Positions 1 to 13,734 of a stretch of DNA of 64,000 nucleotides are shown here, piece after piece. A program made the position numbers and the translations under genes. The stretch comes from Camelus dromedarius (Eukaryota): NCBI RefSeq assembly GCF_036321535.1, contig NC_087437.1, positions 58,282,001 to 58,346,000 of the forward strand, in the 5' to 3' direction. The notes beneath the pieces are model-generated. The model did not search any database and was not told the DNA's origin. It was given only the letters and a program-made list of their open reading frames with translations. Positions within the stretch are counted from its first letter, which is position 1; each line of letters starts with the position of its first letter.

Positions 1-145
1 TATCACACCCTTTTCAATGTAAGTTTCCTCACTTTTATGGAAATTTTGGGCAGTGAATGGCTCTCACCTTTAGTAAGTTAAATAAATAAATGCCTATCTA
101 TAGGCATGTAATTTGGGATCTTTTCCTCACTATTTGTGAGTTACC

Positions 146-183
146 TAAATAAATAAATAAATAAATAAACAAATAAATAAAAA
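146..183 (+). repeat. (TAAA)n microsatellite
   Basis: taaataaataaataaataaataaacaaataaataaaaa read directly. Confidence 0.9.
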
Positions 184-599
184 GGGACTATCCGCCAGCA
201 TCTCCTGTCTATCTTCAGTATTCTCCACTTAACTGCTCTCTCCTAGGGCCAGGCTGTGTGGGGGACTATTGCCAGAAAGGAAATTGTTCTCAAATCTCTC
301 AGCTGGAAGCTGGTTCTGGGATTCCCCAGATTTTAAGAGTGTTTATCTCTGTGTCACCTGCTCACTATTTTTAATTCCCTATTATTTAAATACCAAGCCT
401 TCTCCTCAAAAATATGATACCAGAGATTTTTTTTTTAATATATAAAAAAAAAGTAAGGAAAAGTGAGAAAAAATTTGGTTCAGCTGAGTGGGAACTATTA
501 TCAGATTCTCTAACTTATGCTTAAATTCTTGACTGTTTTACAAACCCCTTCCTCCCAAATTTGATATCTTTGTTCATTAGTCTTCTTTCTCAACCATCA

Positions 600-1900
600 A
601 AGGGACCCACGTGCTTCAGGGTTCGAAAGAGAGGAGTCATGGAGGAGAAACGCATGCTGATTAGTGCAATTGAAATTTATACTCTGGCCCCAGGTGACAT
701 TTAAGATGAAACCAAGTAAGATGATTGGTGGAGGTCCTGGTGGTAACAAAGGAGTGCCACAGGATTCAGTTACATGTCAAGAAGGTAAAAGCTTAGCTAG
801 ATGAATGATGAGTTTTGGCTGCACTTGGGTCTAATTAAGAGAAAATGAGTCTTGTTTTTTGGAACTAAATTGTGTCTCATAGTTAAAAAAGTTAACACAG
901 TGGAAGCTGTTGATCAGAGAACTAGGACATCATTTTGCATAGACTGTCAGAGCGGATCCTACCTGCACGATGGCAGACTGCACGAGAGGACGTCGTAAAT
1001 TCACTTGGTACTAATAGCGTGCCTAAACTCCTTTCAGAAGAGAGATTGTGCAAAGAGCCCCGAGGGAAGAGATGGCAATGGAAACATCCATCAAATAAGG
1101 AAAGGACGTTTAGAAAATCACTCTTCTTACTCCATTCATCATACTATCAGAGACTGCTGTGTTAATCCATTTACCACCCCTGAGCATGAGCCCAGAGACA
1201 AAGTGCAGGAGCACTCCTGGGGGAGAGCTTTCAACAAAACTTCTGTCGACGCTAATGTGGACAATGGGGATTTTCGCCACATCACATCCGAAGAGCACTG
1301 AGTGCAACTTACACACCAACATGCAGCTGCAGGTAGCTTTCTTTTCAAATATGAGTCATTTCTTAGTTATTTGGCCTAGGGAGCTTTTGTCTTTCCTTTT
1401 CTTTTCTCACAGTACAAATTCTGAGTTGTGAGTAAATGCTGTGGTTTCATCCCTGCCTCTTCAATGGCATATGATCTTGCTAATACTTAAGGCTAAAAAA
1501 CCAAGTATGTTCTTACTTCTCTAAATGCTACTGTAGTTTATTCGCTCTCTGTGTATAAAGGAAGGGATGTTAATTAGAAATGCTGCAGTAACTACAGAAA
1601 AATCTTCAAAATATTACTTTCCTAGCTTTCATAATTGCCCCAAAGAAGAAAAGCAAATGCCAAGTGCTTATTTTGCTATTAAATGTTATCAGTTTCAATA
1701 TTAGTACCTTGATAATGAAAACTATTCCTTTTGTTTTCACAGTGCTTTTTTTTTTGTCTTTTTATAGGCCTTTTGTACCTTTTATCACATTTGACTCATT
1801 TATGCGAATCTTCTGAAAGTTAAATACTTCCCTGTTCGATTAACTAATAGCTCTTTGAAATAATTGAATAAATCTTTTTTTTGTGTGTGGAAAAAATATA
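600..1900 (+). pseudogene. Possible decayed processed pseudogene, parent unidentified
   Basis: Non-repeat, mRNA-like balanced composition at about 640-1330 with broken frames, then AT-rich UTR-like sequence, AATAAA at 1867-1872 and an A-rich stretch at about 1891. No parent protein recognised and no clear TSD. Confidence 0.3.
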
Positions 1901-1957
1901 TGAAATTACATGATGGAAATAATTTTTAAGCACATTATACTCTGGTGGTTTCAATGG

Positions 1958-2915
1958 AGCACAAGCAACAAAAGAAAAAAAATAGATAATTAGATTTCAT
2001 CAAAATTAAAAATGTTTGTGCATTAAAGGACACAATCAGGAAGGTGAAAAAAACAACCCATAGGATGAAAGAAAATATTTGAAAATAATACATATGTGAT
2101 AAAGGTTTAGTATCCAGAATATATAAAGAAATCATTTAATAACAAAAGACAACAACCCAGTTAAAAAAAATGGGCAAAGCACTGGAATAGACATTTTTCC
2201 AAAGAAGATAAGCCAATAAACACATGAAAAGATGCTCAACATCATTAGTTATTAGGGAAATGCAAATCAAAACCACAATGAGATATCACTTCATGACCAG
2301 TAGGAAAGCTATTAAAAAGTGGAAAATAACCAGTGTTGATAAAGATGTGGAGAATTAGAACCTTCATATACTGCTAAGGGGGCATGTAAAATGGTCAGCC
2401 TCTGTGGAAAACAATCTGGGAGTTTTTCAAAAAGTTAAACATAGAGCTACCATATGACCCAGCAATTGCCTTCCTAGGTATATACATAAGAGAACTGAAA
2501 TCATATGTCCAAATAAAAACTTGCACATTAATGTTCATAGCAATCAAAACCATTTTGCTCATAATAGCAGCAAAGTAGAAACAACCCAAGCATCTAACAA
2601 ATTAAAAAACAATATGTGATAGTTTCATACAACTGAATATTATTCAGCAATAAAAAGAAATAGAATGCTGATACGTGCATGGATTAATCTTGAAGACATA
2701 ATGCTAACTGAAAGAAGTCAGACAAAAAGGCTATCAGTTATATGTTACATGCTTCCTTTTATTTGAAATATCTGGAACTGTCACATAAGTAGAGGAAAAA
2801 AAGTTGATGAATGAATTCAAGGATCTAAGGGAGAAGGGAAAGGGAAGTGATTGCTAAGGGGTAGGAGATCTCTTCTTGAGGCCATAACAATTTTTAAAAC
2901 TTAAATATCTATTAT
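1958..2915 (+). mobile_element. LINE-1 fragment (ORF2 end and 3' UTR, older L1M type)
   Basis: Typical L1 text such as tcatcaaaattaaaaa, atgctcaacatcattagttattagggaaatgcaaatcaaaaccacaatgagatatcac, catatgacccagcaatt. Confidence 0.88.
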
Positions 2916-2924
2916 AGCTGCTTT

Positions 2925-3810
2925 AATACAAATAAGAAAGAATCAGTAAATTGGAAGATAGACAGAAAAAATTATTAAAAGTGCTTCTCAGAGAGGAAAA
3001 GTAACAGAAAGCGTGGCAGTGAAAATAAGCGACATGGAGGAGAGTGAGGAAGCTTGGCTTGCTTCTAACTGAAGGTACAAAAGAAGAGCGTAGAGGCCGG
3101 AGGAGGGAGTCAGCTGTGAGGAGTTTCTGTCCAAACACATTTCTAATGCAGTTAAAAATCAGTCCTCATTTCAGAAAACTGAAAAAATCCTGAAGAGTAT
3201 TAAGTAAGGGAAAAAAAAAAATCCGCAAGTAGACTGTGCATAGCAGAACATGAAGACAAAAAGAAAGACGGATTACTTATGTGCATGGAGAGAAAAGACA
3301 GATTTTCTAAGAGGGATGAGTATTAAAATGGTAGTTGGCTTCTCAAGAGAAAATAAAAATGGAAGCCAGGAAAGAGTGGAATAATGTCTTCAAGATATTA
3401 AGAGAAAACGATCATTCTGAAATTGTATACTTTGTAAAAATATCTGCCAATAATGAGGGCAAAATAAAACATTTTCAGAAAAAAAACGAACAGAGAATGT
3501 AACAAGAACCAACTCTCGATGAAAGACATTAAAAAAAGTGGAAGTTTTAAGGTACAGGAAGGAATAATAAGCAAAGACATAGATAAATAGATACATAAAT
3601 CTGAACAAAAATCAATAATATAAAATAATAATTAATACTAATAATGTCTAACTTATAGAATTACATAAGTATGATAGAGCCAAAATTCTGTACAATAATA
3701 GCATGTCAGGTAGAGGGAGGCTGATCAGAGTTAAAGTCATCTGAGTCCCTTGCATTGTTTATGAGGAAGGAAGAGATAATGATTAAACTTCACATATTAA
3801 AATTTTTAGA
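2925..3810 (+). mobile_element. Old LINE-1 fragment (ORF1/inter-ORF-like)
   Basis: A-rich sense strand with decayed L1 phrases (gaaagaatcagtaaattggaagataga; ggaagccaggaaagagtggaataatgtcttcaa). Confidence 0.6.
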
Positions 3811-3814
3811 GGGA

Positions 3815-3846
3815 GGCTATAATGGAAAAGAATCTGAAAAAATATA

Positions 3847-3889
<43 letters not shown>

Positions 3890-3968
3890 GAATCTCTTTG
3901 CTGTACACCTGAAATTAACATTGTCAATCAACTACACTTCAATAAAAATTAAATTAAACAAAAAAAAT
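3815..3968 (+). mobile_element. Short L1 3' tail with (TG)n(TA)n microsatellite
   Basis: ataatggaaaagaatctgaaaaaata...tgctgtacacctgaaattaacattgtcaatcaactacacttcaataaaa followed by an A tail. Confidence 0.85.
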
Positions 3969-4075
3969 TTTTAATGTGAGCACTAGTAGAATAAAAAAAG
4001 GTAGTAGAAGGAATAACTTCCAATTGCTAAAGGAAAAATTAAAATGAGGAAAACCCCAAACCAAACCAAACCCTC

Positions 4076-4725
4076 TGTACCAAATGCATAACAAAATAGC
4101 CTGAAAATTAGTGCCTTAAGACAGCAATCATCTGTTATTGCTCATAAGCCTGTGAATTAATTGGGCAGTTCTGCTAATCTGGAGTAGTTTAGCTGTTCTT
4201 GAATGGAATCACTCATGCAATGTGAGCAGGTGCTTGGTCCCTGGGAGCTGGCTAGTCTGAGCTGGTCTTACATGGGACAGCTTGTCTCTACTCCATGTGG
4301 TTTCTCATCCTCCAGCAGATTAACCTGCTCTTTTCACTTGGCAGCTGGACAAGTTACAACTAAATGAGTGAAAGGCCTCTTGAGGCCTATCCCAGAGGTT
4401 GGCAGAATTTTTTTCTGTAAAGGTCCACACAGTGAATCTTTTAGGCTTCGTTGACTAGACCACTCAAGAGTTGCAACCACTCAACTCTGCCATTTTGTCA
4501 AGAAAGCATCCACAGCCAATATGTAAGTGGATGACTATGGTTGTGTTCCAACAAATCTTTACTTGCAAAAATAGACCATGGGCCAGAGTTGGCCAGTGTG
4601 CTGTAGTTTACTGACTCCTGGCCTAGACTTTGAACTGGCACTAGCTTCTCTTTCACCTCTTGATAGAAGGAGCTGCAGTCTTATTGCCAAAGGGATTTGC
4701 TTACAGAGAAAGACATAATTGCATC
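4076..4725. mobile_element. MaLR (MLT1-like) LTR interrupted by MER58
   Basis: tgcataacaaaatagcctgaaaattagtgccttaagacagcaatcat and cttgtctctactccatgtggtttctcatcctccagcag resemble MLT1 consensus (from memory). Confidence 0.65.
4393..4620. mobile_element. MER58A-like hAT-Charlie non-autonomous DNA transposon
   Basis: Ends cagaggttggcag ... tactgactcctg; internal ttttctgtaaaggtcc and tgtgttccaacaaatcttta; 8-bp flanks gcctatcc/gcctagac resemble a hAT TSD. Confidence 0.8.
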
Positions 4726-6689
4726 ACATGTTGGATGAAAAATCCTGCATAATTTCAATAAATCAAAAGGAAGTCAAGAGAAGAGGAGGATTGTCCACAG
4801 AAAAAGCAAAAATAAGACAATATAAAGCAAAATGAATAAATCCAAACATGTCATTATTCACAAGTTCATAGTAGATGTGAAGGCAATCAGCTCTTAATTT
4901 AAAGCTGTAAAGCCAAAATTGTTAGAACTGCAAAGAGGAATTTTAAAATTCATCATCACTGTGGGAGATTTTAGCTCATTTCTTTCAGTAATTGATTAAG
5001 TAAGTGGCATAATGGAGTGCAGCTAAAGTCATGCAACCTCCACAACTCTGCAATTCTAGTCCCAGATACATATTCGGAAGTTATTCATATATGTGTACCC
5101 CAAGATTCATGTACAAGGAGGCTCACAGAAGCATCGGGTAGAAAGCAAAAGACTGAAACCATCCAAAATATCAGTCAAAAGGAGAATGAACTAAAAAATA
5201 TGCATGAAGCCCATAGCAGAATCCTATAGAACAGAAAAAAATACTAATGAACTCCAGCTAATCTTAATCTTAGCAACTCAGAGGGTGTATATGAAGCACA
5301 TTGCAGAAGAGCATGTACAGTCTGGTTTCATTTGCCTAAGGTTCAAAACATGCAAAATTAAACAATATATTTTTAGAAATAAATGCATATATGCTAAGAT
5401 TATAAAGACAGAGCTTACCTTTGTAGGTTGCCTTTGTAGGATGGGAATGGGATGGGGAAGTGTATACAAGGGGCTTCAAAGGTATCTTTTAAGGAAGAAG
5501 TTCATTTATTTTATCTCTTTTCAATGTAAATCAAGAAAGCTTTTCTGAGTTTCCTCTTCTCTCATCCATTACTTCATCTGCATAATATATACCCTGCAAG
5601 GCTGAATTCATCTTAGTGGAGGGGAGAGAGAGAGGTTATGCGTTCTGTGGCCGATGAGGCTATGGGTTCTCATATATAAATATTTCCCTTTCACCTTGCA
5701 ATTACATTATCCAGAAAGTGGAAACTGTATCTCATTCTACTAAATAGAAAAACTTTAAAGGCCATTTTTCAGATCTTATTATAAATGATATTTATGCTCA
5801 GTGGCATATAATTTGATTTTTATTCTTTATTGACTCTGGTCTTTATACTTGATCTTAATAAATGTGCATTTAGGAATTTTTTTTATCTCTTAAAAGACTG
5901 TTCAAGTGAAAGTCTACAAACCACGTGTGATTGTCTAATCCACCAAGTGAAATGAGTTATTGCAAAATTTACTCTGAGCATGTGACTGTTTAATCCACCA
6001 AGTAAGATGTGCTATTGTAAATTTTGCTCTGGTGTGGGTATTTTCCCTAACCTGAAGTCATTAAACCCGGTGGTGCCCTATAAACCTTGTATCTAATATA
6101 TGCATTTGAGTGTTGGGCACTCCAGCTCTCCTCCTATTATTTGTCTGAGATCATTTTGCTCATTCAGTCACTCTTAATGTGATGGGGTGGGAAGGAGAAA
6201 CGGAATATTTTCCCATCTCAACCAAGACCTCCTCTGCAGATATGACCCCAAGAGGAATATGCACCTCCTTTGAGAACCAGAAAGGCAGGGAGGCATAATG
6301 CTGAGAGATGACTGACTTCTTAGATATGAGATAGGGCAGAAGCAAAAACTTCTCTCCTCTCCTCGTTTTGTCTCTAGTGCCCACGCAGCTTTGGGCTTTG
6401 TGACCTTGCCCTCGTCCTGATTCATGCTTGCCTTTGGGACATGATGGCAGAAGTGAATTCCAATGGTGTACTGCTCAGCATTCCCTAGCCCAGGTTTTCC
6501 CCTCTTCCTCTGGCTCTGTCTGCCACGTGATATTTCAGGGCACCACCCCCTGACCCAGATCCAACAGTCAGCTGGAGCTACTGTGATCCCTTGCAAGTGA
6601 GTTCACATAGCATTCAGGCCAAACCTTCATTTATTTCTTCACATTTATTAAATTACCTCTGATGGTTCAGAATATTATCTGTGATACTC

Positions 6690-6810
6690 TTTGGGTTCTA
6701 ATCCCAGTTCTATCACTTACTAACTGTGTGGCCTGGGACCAGTTTTCATTGCTTTGTCCCTTGGCTTCCTCTTTGTAAAATGGATATAATAAAAGTACGC
6801 ATTTCATAGG
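6690..6810 (+). mobile_element. MIR SINE fragment
   Basis: gggttctaatcccagttctatcacttactaactgtgtggcctggg...ttcctctttgtaaaatggatataataa, the MIR core. Confidence 0.8.
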
Positions 6811-7533
6811 TATATATATGTTCAGAGTATTTTCCATTATAGGTTATTATAAGATATTGAATATAGTTCTCTGTGCTATACAGTAAATCCTTGTTGTTAA
6901 TCTATTTTATATATAGCAGTGTGTATCTGTTAATCCCAAACTCCTAATTTATCTCTCCCCCTCCCCTCTCCCCTTTGGTAAACACAAGTTTGTTTACTAT
7001 GTCTGTGAGTCTGTTTCTGTTTTGTAAGTAAATTCACTTGTATTATTTTTTAGGTTCTACATATAAGTGATATTATATTTTGTCTTTCTCTATCTGACTT
7101 ACTTCACTTAGTATAACATTCTCTAGGTCCATCCATGTTGCTGTAAATGGCATTACTTCATTCTTTTTTATGGCTGAGTAGTATTCCATTGTGTATATAG
7201 AAGTATTATATAATAATATTCCATTTTATATATATATAAAGAAGATGTGGAGTGTGTGTGTATGTGTGTGGTATACATATATATACCATTCATTTGTTAA
7301 TGGGCACTTATGTTGCTTCCATGCCTTGGCTATTGTAAATAGTGTTGCTATGAACATTGGAGTGCATGTATCTTTTCAAATTATAATTTTCATCTTTTCT
7401 GGATACATGCCCAGGAGTGGGATTGCTAGGTCATATGGTAGCTCCATTTTTAGTTTTTTAAGGAACTTCCGTACTGTTTTCCATGAGGCTGCACCAATTT
7501 ACATTCCCACCAACAGTGTAGAAGGGCTCCCTT
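6811..7533 (-). mobile_element. Young LINE-1 3' portion (cetartiodactyl type)
   Basis: tatctgacttacttcacttagtataacattctctaggtccatccatgttgct; ggatacatgcccaggagtgggattgctagg; caatttacattcccaccaacagtgt. Confidence 0.92.
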
Positions 7534-7561
7534 TGAGAGAGCCTTGATGTTAATGTTAGAA

Positions 7562-8038
7562 CAGCAGTTCTCAAACTTCTCAGGATGCTTTACATCCTTA
7601 AAAATTATGGAGGATCCACATAACCTGTTTTAGTGAGTTGTATCTATTAATATTTACCATGGGAAATTAACACTGAGCAATTTTAAAATGTTCATTAATT
7701 TGTTTAAAATAAATATTAATCTTTTTGTGCCAACAAATGACATACGCTATGAACAAATATTTAAAAAACAAAAATAATTCAGTGAGAAGAGTGGTGTTCT
7801 TTTCCATTTTTTCAAATATCTTTAATGCTTGGCTTAATAGAACGTGGAATTCTCTTATCAGCTTTGTATTTAATCTGTTGCTATCTCCTATGTCCCATAG
7901 CCTTTGGAAAACAAGTATACTTGTGAGAGAATTAGTATGAAAAAGAAAATATTAGTATGAAAAGAGTTTTGACCTGTGGACCCCCTGGAAGGGCTTCAGG
8001 GAACTCTGGTTTCACAGATCACACTTTAAAAACCATTG
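7562..8038. mobile_element. hAT-Charlie (Charlie1-like) internally deleted DNA transposon
   Basis: TIR-like ends cagcagttctcaaact ... cactttaaaaaccattg; internal ttacatccttaaaaattatggaggatcc. Confidence 0.7.
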
Positions 8039-8046
8039 TTCTAAAA

Positions 8047-8290
8047 CTAGTGGTTGCCACCTGGAAGAGGGGTGGAGGTGGGGCAACATAGGGATAGGAA
8101 ATGAAGAGGTACAAGCTACTAGGTATAAAATAAGCTACAAGAATATATTGTACAACACGAGGGAAATAGCCAATATTTTATAAGAACTATAAATGGACTA
8201 TAACTTTTAAAAATTGTGAATCACTGTATTATACACCTGTAACATAAAATATTGTACAACCATTATACTTCAATTATAAAAATAAAACTG
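8047..8290 (+). mobile_element. LINE-1 3' UTR fragment
   Basis: aagaggtacaagctactaggtataaaataagctacaag...tgaatcactgtattatacacctgtaac...tatacttcaat plus A tail. Confidence 0.85.
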
Positions 8291-8659
8291 CTATTAAAAA
8301 AAAAGTTGTTCTAGAGCATGCAAGAGTAGGGGGAAAAAAAAAACAGGCTTAACAATAGGGCAAACTAGTTTAAATCCTGGCTCTTCTGCTTTGCAGCCAT
8401 TAGACCGCAGGGCTTTTGTGTTTCTTGAAGCGCCACCTGGAACACACCTCCTGGCTACTGCCTGGAGGGCACCTCTCATTCTTCAGCTTTTAGCTTAAAT
8501 ACCACTTCAGAGAGATTCTCTCTGACTACCCTATTGTGTCCTTTTTAATACTCACCGCATTTATTTGCTTGCTAGTTTTTTGGGTGTCCATCTCACCAAT
8601 AGAAAAATGTCCCAAGGTCAGCCCCATTTGTTTTGTTCACTATGGTAATTCCAGCACCT

Positions 8660-9425
8660 ACTCTGACCCCTCTCTTTCTTACCTCATATTTAACCCATCA
8701 GCAAATCCTATTGACCCCTCCATCAAACTCTATCCAGAAACAAATAATTTCTCACCTCCTTCATCCGGCTACCCTGGTCCAAGTTACATGACTTTCAATA
8801 GACCTGGTCTATTAAGTAATCTTCTAAATAAGTTCCCCAACCCTTTTCTTGCCCCTGCACTCAACAGCCAGAATAATGTTTTCAAAACATAAGTGAAAAA
8901 AAAAAATCACTCCTCTGCTTAAAACTTGCAACGGCCTCTAATTATACTGAGAGTAAGATCTAATACCTGAGTCACGTCCTATAAGGCCCAACATGATCTA
9001 TTTCCCATTTCTTTCCTTACTTTAGCTGTTACATTTACCTTGCTATTCTTCAACTACGGCAAGCACACTTGAGTCTTTGCACTTGTGATTCCTTCTGATA
9101 GTGAAGGCTTCCTTCGGTTCTCCATTCAAATCTCAGTCATCTCATTAGAAAGACCTTCCACAATTAGTCTCTATAAGAAAGCAACTTCCCTCTTCTCATT
9201 TACGACCAACCTTCTTCCTAATATATCATAATATATCATAACCTGTTTTAGTTTTCTTCCTAGTGTTTATAAATAGCAAATATTTTACACATCTGTGTTC
9301 ACTCTTTCATGAAAATGTACAATCTGTGCACCAGACTTTCATCTTTTTTTTTTTTTTTTCACTGTATCTTCTGTGCTAAGAGGAGCACCTGATACTTAGC
9401 AGGCCCTCAGATTTTTTGGTTGGTC
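8660..9425 (+). mobile_element. LINE-2 3' fragment
   Basis: Pyrimidine-rich L2 text (tcactcctctgcttaaaact; ctttgcacttgtgattcc; gcacctgatacttagcaggccctca). Confidence 0.7.
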
Positions 9426-11659
9426 ACTTAAGTTCTCTGAAACTCAATTTCTTCTTCTGGACAATGGAGGAAAATCAAAGCTGTCTTGCAGTCTTGCTGC
9501 AGAATCAGAACGAAGGAGAACTCATTTCCCTGACCTCCAGGTCGGGGTGCGAGACTCTCCCCAAACTCTTCTCCAACACTCAGTGATTATCTTTCTGGTG
9601 ATATTTGTTACAAAGAGCTTGCTTACTTGCTTCTAACTGAGGACTTGTCATAGCCCCAGTGCTTAACTCTATAATAGATGCTCAACCAGAGTTTGAGAAA
9701 TGAATTAATGAATGAGCAAATGAATAAATAAATAATATTGTAAAAAGTTTTAAAAAGAAATACATGGTTCTAAGTATTTTTAGGCTGTTGTATGAGGAAG
9801 GTGAGCTAGCCTCCTCTTTAAATCACATCCCACCTGGGGAAAGTAGAGGGTAAGCAGACAGCACAGGATAAGAACAGTCACATGTCAGCGGGGGAGACTG
9901 GGGTAGAAAATGAAGGAAAAAAAAATACTGATTCGCTCCAAATTATTTCTGGTCCCAGTTATGCCGCTGACCTAGGGTAATCGCTGTTACACAATAGGTA
10001 GCTATTGTCCCTTTTAGGGGCAAATCATATTCAGGTTTGTTTCATTTTCACTTGTTATAAATAAATTCCTACAAATTGAATTCCACAGCAAAATATCCTC
10101 CTTTCAGCAATATATACTCTTTCCTAATGGACTGAACTGGCTGAGTGAGACTCCAACTTACGAAAACTGACCCTGTGAGAAAAATCTGGATGGATCCAGT
10201 GTCATCCATACTCTTTTACTGAGAAGAGATAGTATAATTTCCTTAGTCAACAGTCCTTGTCTATCAAAGCATAGGTTTATTTTGGGAAAATCCCTGTCAG
10301 ATTTGCTTTTATTCCTACGAAAGAGGCTTTAAAAAAATAATGGAAAAGCCTACTAATCAAGGAGAGAACATTCTTGTCTGGGCTCTGCAACTTACTAGCC
10401 ATGGGATCTTGGTAAAATTAAATAACTTCTCAGAGCTATGATTTCTTCATCCAAAAAATAGGGGTCTTGCAAGACATGATCCCTGAGGGTCTCCAGCTTA
10501 CCTATTTCTTTCCGCAGCACCTAGAAAAGTACCTTGCCTTGGACACAGAGGATGCCTGATGACTGTTGAAAGAATTCTGATACATGCTACTGAGCAACTA
10601 TGATCTGTCTTTTGCATTTTCATAGAATATTAACTCCTAGCACATAAGTGGAGCTCAGTATGTGTTTATTAAAAAGGAAATAATTCCCTTTTACTAGTAA
10701 TAAAAAGTATTTCAGATAATGCAATTTAAATTGTAGGTCATCTAGAGTTAATCATTTAAAAAATATATTATTTAAAATAAATAACTAGACATAAGAAAGT
10801 TAATCATCCTGACTTTCCCTTTCCCAATCTTCCCTCTACAATTCAGCCATGCGGTTTCCAGTCCATTCCCTTCATAAGAACTTTTTTCATACAGAGGAGC
10901 ACTCTAAGTGAGTCTGAATCTGAAGATCTCAGGACAACACTCTCAAGCTGGAAATTGGTGAGGAAGTAATTAAGTCACTCAGTGCTTTCAGAGTCAATGA
11001 TGCTAATGTCAAATCATGAAGGAAGCTCTCACTCCAACAATAAAAGGAAGAGGCAGCATTTATGAGGAACTAATTTCCTCCAGGAGAAGAGGGACTCTGT
11101 AGCATCGGCAAAAGGTGTCTACTGTCCAGCCCAACCAGGAAACCTTAGAGCCCTTCAGGTGACAGCATGGCCTAGGGGGCTATGAGCAGAATCACTGATT
11201 TGCAGGGGCTCTATGGACACATGATTTTCTCTATGTATCTTGACTTTGTGATATGACATATGAAAGATCTGTTGATGTCAATCTGTTACCCAGACACAGT
11301 TTCCCTAATGGTGACTTGTTACTTGGAGATATAAACAGGTGAAATCTATGAAGACCTCAGAACAAAACCATCAATCTTGCTGAAAGAAGAATACCTTGTG
11401 CATGCTTTGTGGAAGGGGGCCTATCATCCTCATGTGAGGTTAGCACATTTTGGGAACAAATTCTGTTTCCATGTATCCAGATACTGCACGGCATTCTAGG
11501 TCCAGCTATCTGGTCAACCGCCTGCATGACGCCTGTGCTTATCTCCCAGCTGAAAGTGAGTTTCCCCCCCTTAGAAGTTGCTTTCTCTCTTGCAGCCCCC
11601 CACAGTCCTTCTCTCCATTACAGTCACTTGGACCTGTCTTTCTTATTTTTCTTCTTCTT

Positions 11660-12035
11660 CCAGTTTTATTAAGATACAATTGGCACATAACATTGTTTTT
11701 GTTTGAAGCATACAACACAAATATTCGGCAGATTTGTGTATTGTGAAATGGTTACCACGGGAAGTCCAGTTAACCTTCCTCACCTCACATAGCTGCCATT
11801 TTTTTTCTTGTGATAAGAACTTTTAAGATCTACTCATTTAACAACTTTCAAATATGCAGCACAGTATTATTAATTAAAGTCACTATGCTCTACACATTCC
11901 CAGGATTTATTGTCTTATAATGGGAAGTTTTGACCAGCTTCACCCATTTTGCCCACCCCATCTCCAGCATCTGGCAACCAATCTATTCTCTGAATCTGTG
12001 AGTTCAGTTTTTTTAGATTTCACATATAAGTGAGA
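11660..12035 (-). mobile_element. LINE-1 3' UTR fragment
   Basis: cagttttattaagatacaattggcacataaca...taagatctactcatttaacaactttcaaatat...ttagatttcacatataagtgag. Confidence 0.85.
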
Positions 12036-13734
12036 GTAAGCCTGTGTTTTCATTCTTCCACTAACGCAAGGAGCAGGTGTTGTTTGACTATCGCTGCCTC
12101 CCTAGCTGAGTGATTGTCTGCCAAAGTGATGTTTGATGTTTGGCATACAGTAAATGGTAAAGAAAAAAAAAAATAGAATGAATGGAACATTAGTCTAATA
12201 TTTCAGAATTAAATACCACTTTCTCTTTTAAATAAACTCTACTCAATTCAGCTTTAGGAACTAATTTATGCAGAAGCCCTAAGGCTTAGTAGATGGAGTT
12301 AGGCCTGGAAGTTGGGAGACAGTTCTTACTGTTCATTTACTAAGGACCCTTGGGGGAAAATACCTTACTTATTTTTTCTTTCCTGGAATAGTAGAACTGA
12401 AAGCATCCATAAAGGTCATTGAGTCTATTTCCTGGGACTTGTTAGATTGGCACGGTACATTAGTGGTCAAGTCAGACCTGGAGTCTGCTTGCTGACCCTG
12501 ATCTATGTGATACAAGTCAAAATAGTGGTGACCTTGGTAGGGGATGGGCTGCAAAGAGGTACAAGTTAACTCTTTTGGGTGATAGAAATATTTTTTATCT
12601 TGATCTGGGTGGTGGTTGCTGGAATATATACACGTGTAAAAGTTCCCCAGTTTTACACTGAAGATTTATACGTTTAACTGAGTATAACATGATACTTCAG
12701 AAACAAGAAAAAAAACTAAATGAGTATTTTAATGAAACTACCTAGTTCCTTATCCAATATTTTACTATTTCTATTTCTTGCCTGTCTACAATTTTTCTGA
12801 TTACCAAATAATACATATTTAGTAAAAATTCCAGCATATCAGAAATGTAAAAGCTTAGACAATAAATATCTTTCAAAATGCCAATCTCTAGAGAAGAATA
12901 TTGTTAAAAATTTATTATCCCCAGGTTGTACTTTCATATGGAAAAGTACATCCTTTGAGAGCACGGAAGTGCTGTGGGTTGCCTGGTGGCTCATAATCCC
13001 TAGGAAACAGTGGAGAAGCGGTGACATGCTGCTATCTGAGGCCACAACGTCCTTTGCTTCTCAAGCTGCTTCTTCTTCTCTAAAAAAAAATTAATTAATT
13101 AATTATTTTCCCCCAGTTTTATTATGTAGATTTATTACAAGCTTCTTAAGTCCTAGAAAACTTTTGGTTTTCTCCATCGTTAGTTCTTCCCTAGACTCCA
13201 GCTTTTGGGGCTTGTTTACCTTTTTGGTGACTCCTCCAGTCTACCCTCCTTTTTGTGCCCGTCTTTCCAACTGACATTAGAAAAGTATTAACACGTCACC
13301 AGGTCTTTCATTATTAAAGATCCTAGAAGAGGTTCATACCACTTCATACCACCTGCTCTGCTTCACAGGTCTGTCACTAAACACTACAGAGGAATGAACA
13401 AAAAGTGTAACTTAAGCAACCAACCAAGGAGCTGACAAAGTCTGAGAGGGAAATGTGAACATGGGTCGGCCTAAGAAGATACAGGCAGCAAAGGTTTAAA
13501 TTCCCTCATACTCCCATTCATGTTAGCAGAGGGTAGGCATTTGATTTTGCCTCCTTTTAAACCAGACTTGTCAGAGAGGGAGCTAGTAAGAAGAATAGAA
13601 ATTTACTTGTCTGCTTAAGCTTGGAACTTGCCAGCCCTTCTTTTTCTGATCTCTTCCTCTCCTGACCAATTCAGTCCTGAAGCCATTTGGTGGGTCCAAG
13701 CCGGGTTGATGTTAGAGTTTAGAGCATCTGATTG

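Noticed and set aside
10894..11160. Exon-like segment (ag...gt) whose translation KLEIGEEVIKSLSAFR...KEEAAFMRN faintly resembles intermediate-filament coil 1B
   Set aside because: Several in-frame stops, low similarity and no companion exons; only tBLASTx could rescue it.
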